Of a DNA stretch of 64,000 nucleotides, positions 62,365 to 64,000 are shown one piece after another. Numbering within the stretch: the stretch's first letter is position 1; each line of letters begins with the position of its first letter. Location: assembly GCA_030704615.1 (NCBI GenBank), contig CM060732.1, positions 22,816,001 through 22,880,000 of the forward strand, read 5' to 3'. The notes under the pieces are model-generated. The model worked only from the letters and a program-made list of their open reading frames with translations. It had not been told where the DNA came from and ran no database searches. The position numbers were made by a program, and so were the translations under genes. The stretch comes from Takakia lepidozioides. Taxonomy: Eukaryota > Plantae > Bryophyta.

Positions 62365-62942
62365 TTGTTGGGGGAATCATCTCGACCCTCCCACCCCATC
62401 CGAGAAAATGTGGAGTTCGAGTATTGGGGGAGACGGTATGTTGTGAGAGCCGCTACAGACCCTGCTATGGGTCGGGGTTTATTCATGGTCAATGATATTG
62501 TGGTTCCTCCTCGGAGAAACAACATGGTGGACTTGTTTCCCTACTACGGTCCATACTACATCTCCGCGGAGTTCCGTACATTACGCCTCGAAGCCCCATA
62601 CATCCTACCCTATATTTTGTGTGTCAACGGACAGGATGTACGTAGACGAGGGTTGTCTCCCATTGAGATCAGATTTTGTGATGGTGACCCCGACATCTTC
62701 GACAATGTTGCTGGGCTGGTCAATAGTTCTTTGGTCATCCTAGGAGAACCAATGTAGTATGGGACGAGCGAAGCGATGGGCATGAGAGCTTTTGTGGTCA
62801 TACGTCAGTATACTGTGAGGAGATGCACATGTTTGTGATGACATGTGCTAGTAGGACTATTAGGGCTAGCTGTGAACTATTTACATCATACGAGTTCTCC
62901 CGGGATGATTGGGACCTCCGATTACAGCGTGAGTGTGGATGA
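62365..62942 (+). pseudogene. Intronless SET-domain (lysine methyltransferase-like) gene with a frameshift near 62750
   Basis: MGRGLF..DI..FPYYG..DGDP..NVAGLVNSS..P, then in the shifted frame NVVW..FVMTCASRTIRASCELFTSY, matching the SET pattern GxGL / Y.G / NHS / A.RDI..GEEL..DY. Confidence 0.7.
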
Positions 62943-64000
62943 TGTTATGATAGAAATAGGGTTCATTTGAGACATGGATCGTGTAGAGAGGCATTATAGA
63001 TATTCTCATGATGTACTTTGTATACATCCGATTAATCGATTGATGTTAATTTTTTTTTTATTGCTCGTGTGGGTTGCAACTTTGCATATGTGATCTAAAC
63101 ATACTTATGCACATATGGACCAAATATGAGCTTGAACCAAGTTGATTCAATGGGTCATTCTAGTGTTGAACGCAGCTACGTGACATAGAGACGGAAAATT
63201 GCGTTTCGCCTGCAGATGATTTTTTTTTAATTCCATTTTCAAGCCATATGCTTAATGATAGCAAATTTGGGAGTAAACAAAAGTTATTTGGACCCATAAC
63301 CAGAATTTGTTCTCTCATTTGCACTCCAAAGTTGAGTTATCTTCAACTTCATGCACTCTTCATAGAGAGTTCTGCACAAGTGACCCTAGAAACACACTTA
63401 TTTTTTTTTCCATTTTGTTTTGTCCAATGTTTTGCATGGATGTAGTGGTGCAAAGCCCAATGTCACAGAACAAAATAGAGCTAAAACTAAAATCATTACG
63501 CCCCTCAAAACTGCAATAATATATTTTATAAATACAAATATTTATTTTAAATTCATTTAAATTCGATTTAATTCAAAATTGGTGCAAGGGTGAGTGCGTC
63601 GTTGGGGAGGCAAATGTTTTTTTTTTCTGCTGGATCTTTGTACAGGTGTTGCACACATATTCAAGCACATGTAGGAAAAAATGAAGCTTGAGCCACATCC
63701 GTTGTTGGGTGCAATGGCATGAGAAGAATTTTCTTTCACATAATAAACAAAAATTGGTTGATAGGGTGAATGCGTCTGGGGGGCAAATGATTTTGTTTGG
63801 GTTTGAAACTTTGCATGCGTGTACGTTGCGCACATACATGTAATTATTGAATGACATATTTGATGCACGCACACATTGAAGGTTGTTGGTTTGCATTTCG
63901 CTTATAATGAAGTGTATGGTTGCAAGGACACATTATAATATATGTCCCTATGTTCATTTGTTCATATCAGGACTTTGTCCATCCCTTCCTGGTCCTTTCT

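Overview
Eukaryotic, repeat-dense window made almost entirely of nested transposable elements. It has spliceosomal GT-AG introns and many CAG>TAG stops; a non-seed land plant such as a moss is my inference only. There are two 500-N gaps. Contents: (1) a decayed Ty3/Gypsy element (0.5-6 kb) with a DNMT3-like C5-cytosine methyltransferase embedded in pol between protease and RT; (2) many pieces of a second LTR family (LTR-B: ~920-950 bp TG...CA LTRs, 5-bp TSD, long 3' accessory ORF); (3) the right end of a CACTA element; (4) a SET-domain pseudogene; (5) five copies or fragments of a large (~15 kb) Mutator-like DNA transposon in two subfamilies, with short TIRs and 8-bp TSDs. This transposon encodes a GCM/SWIM DDE transposase divergently from a multi-exon gene that fuses a ParB/Srx-like domain (DGNHR) to a beta-class amino (N6A/N4C)-methyltransferase-like domain. 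Between the two genes lie arrays of a 22-bp subfamily-specific palindrome at a fixed 53-bp period (about 5 helical turns). The best candidate for an undescribed system is this ParB-MTase plus parS-like palindrome array, which may be a transposon self-recognition or epigenetic anti-silencing module analogous to VANDAL/VANC. All domain calls are from motif reading by eye, not database searches.
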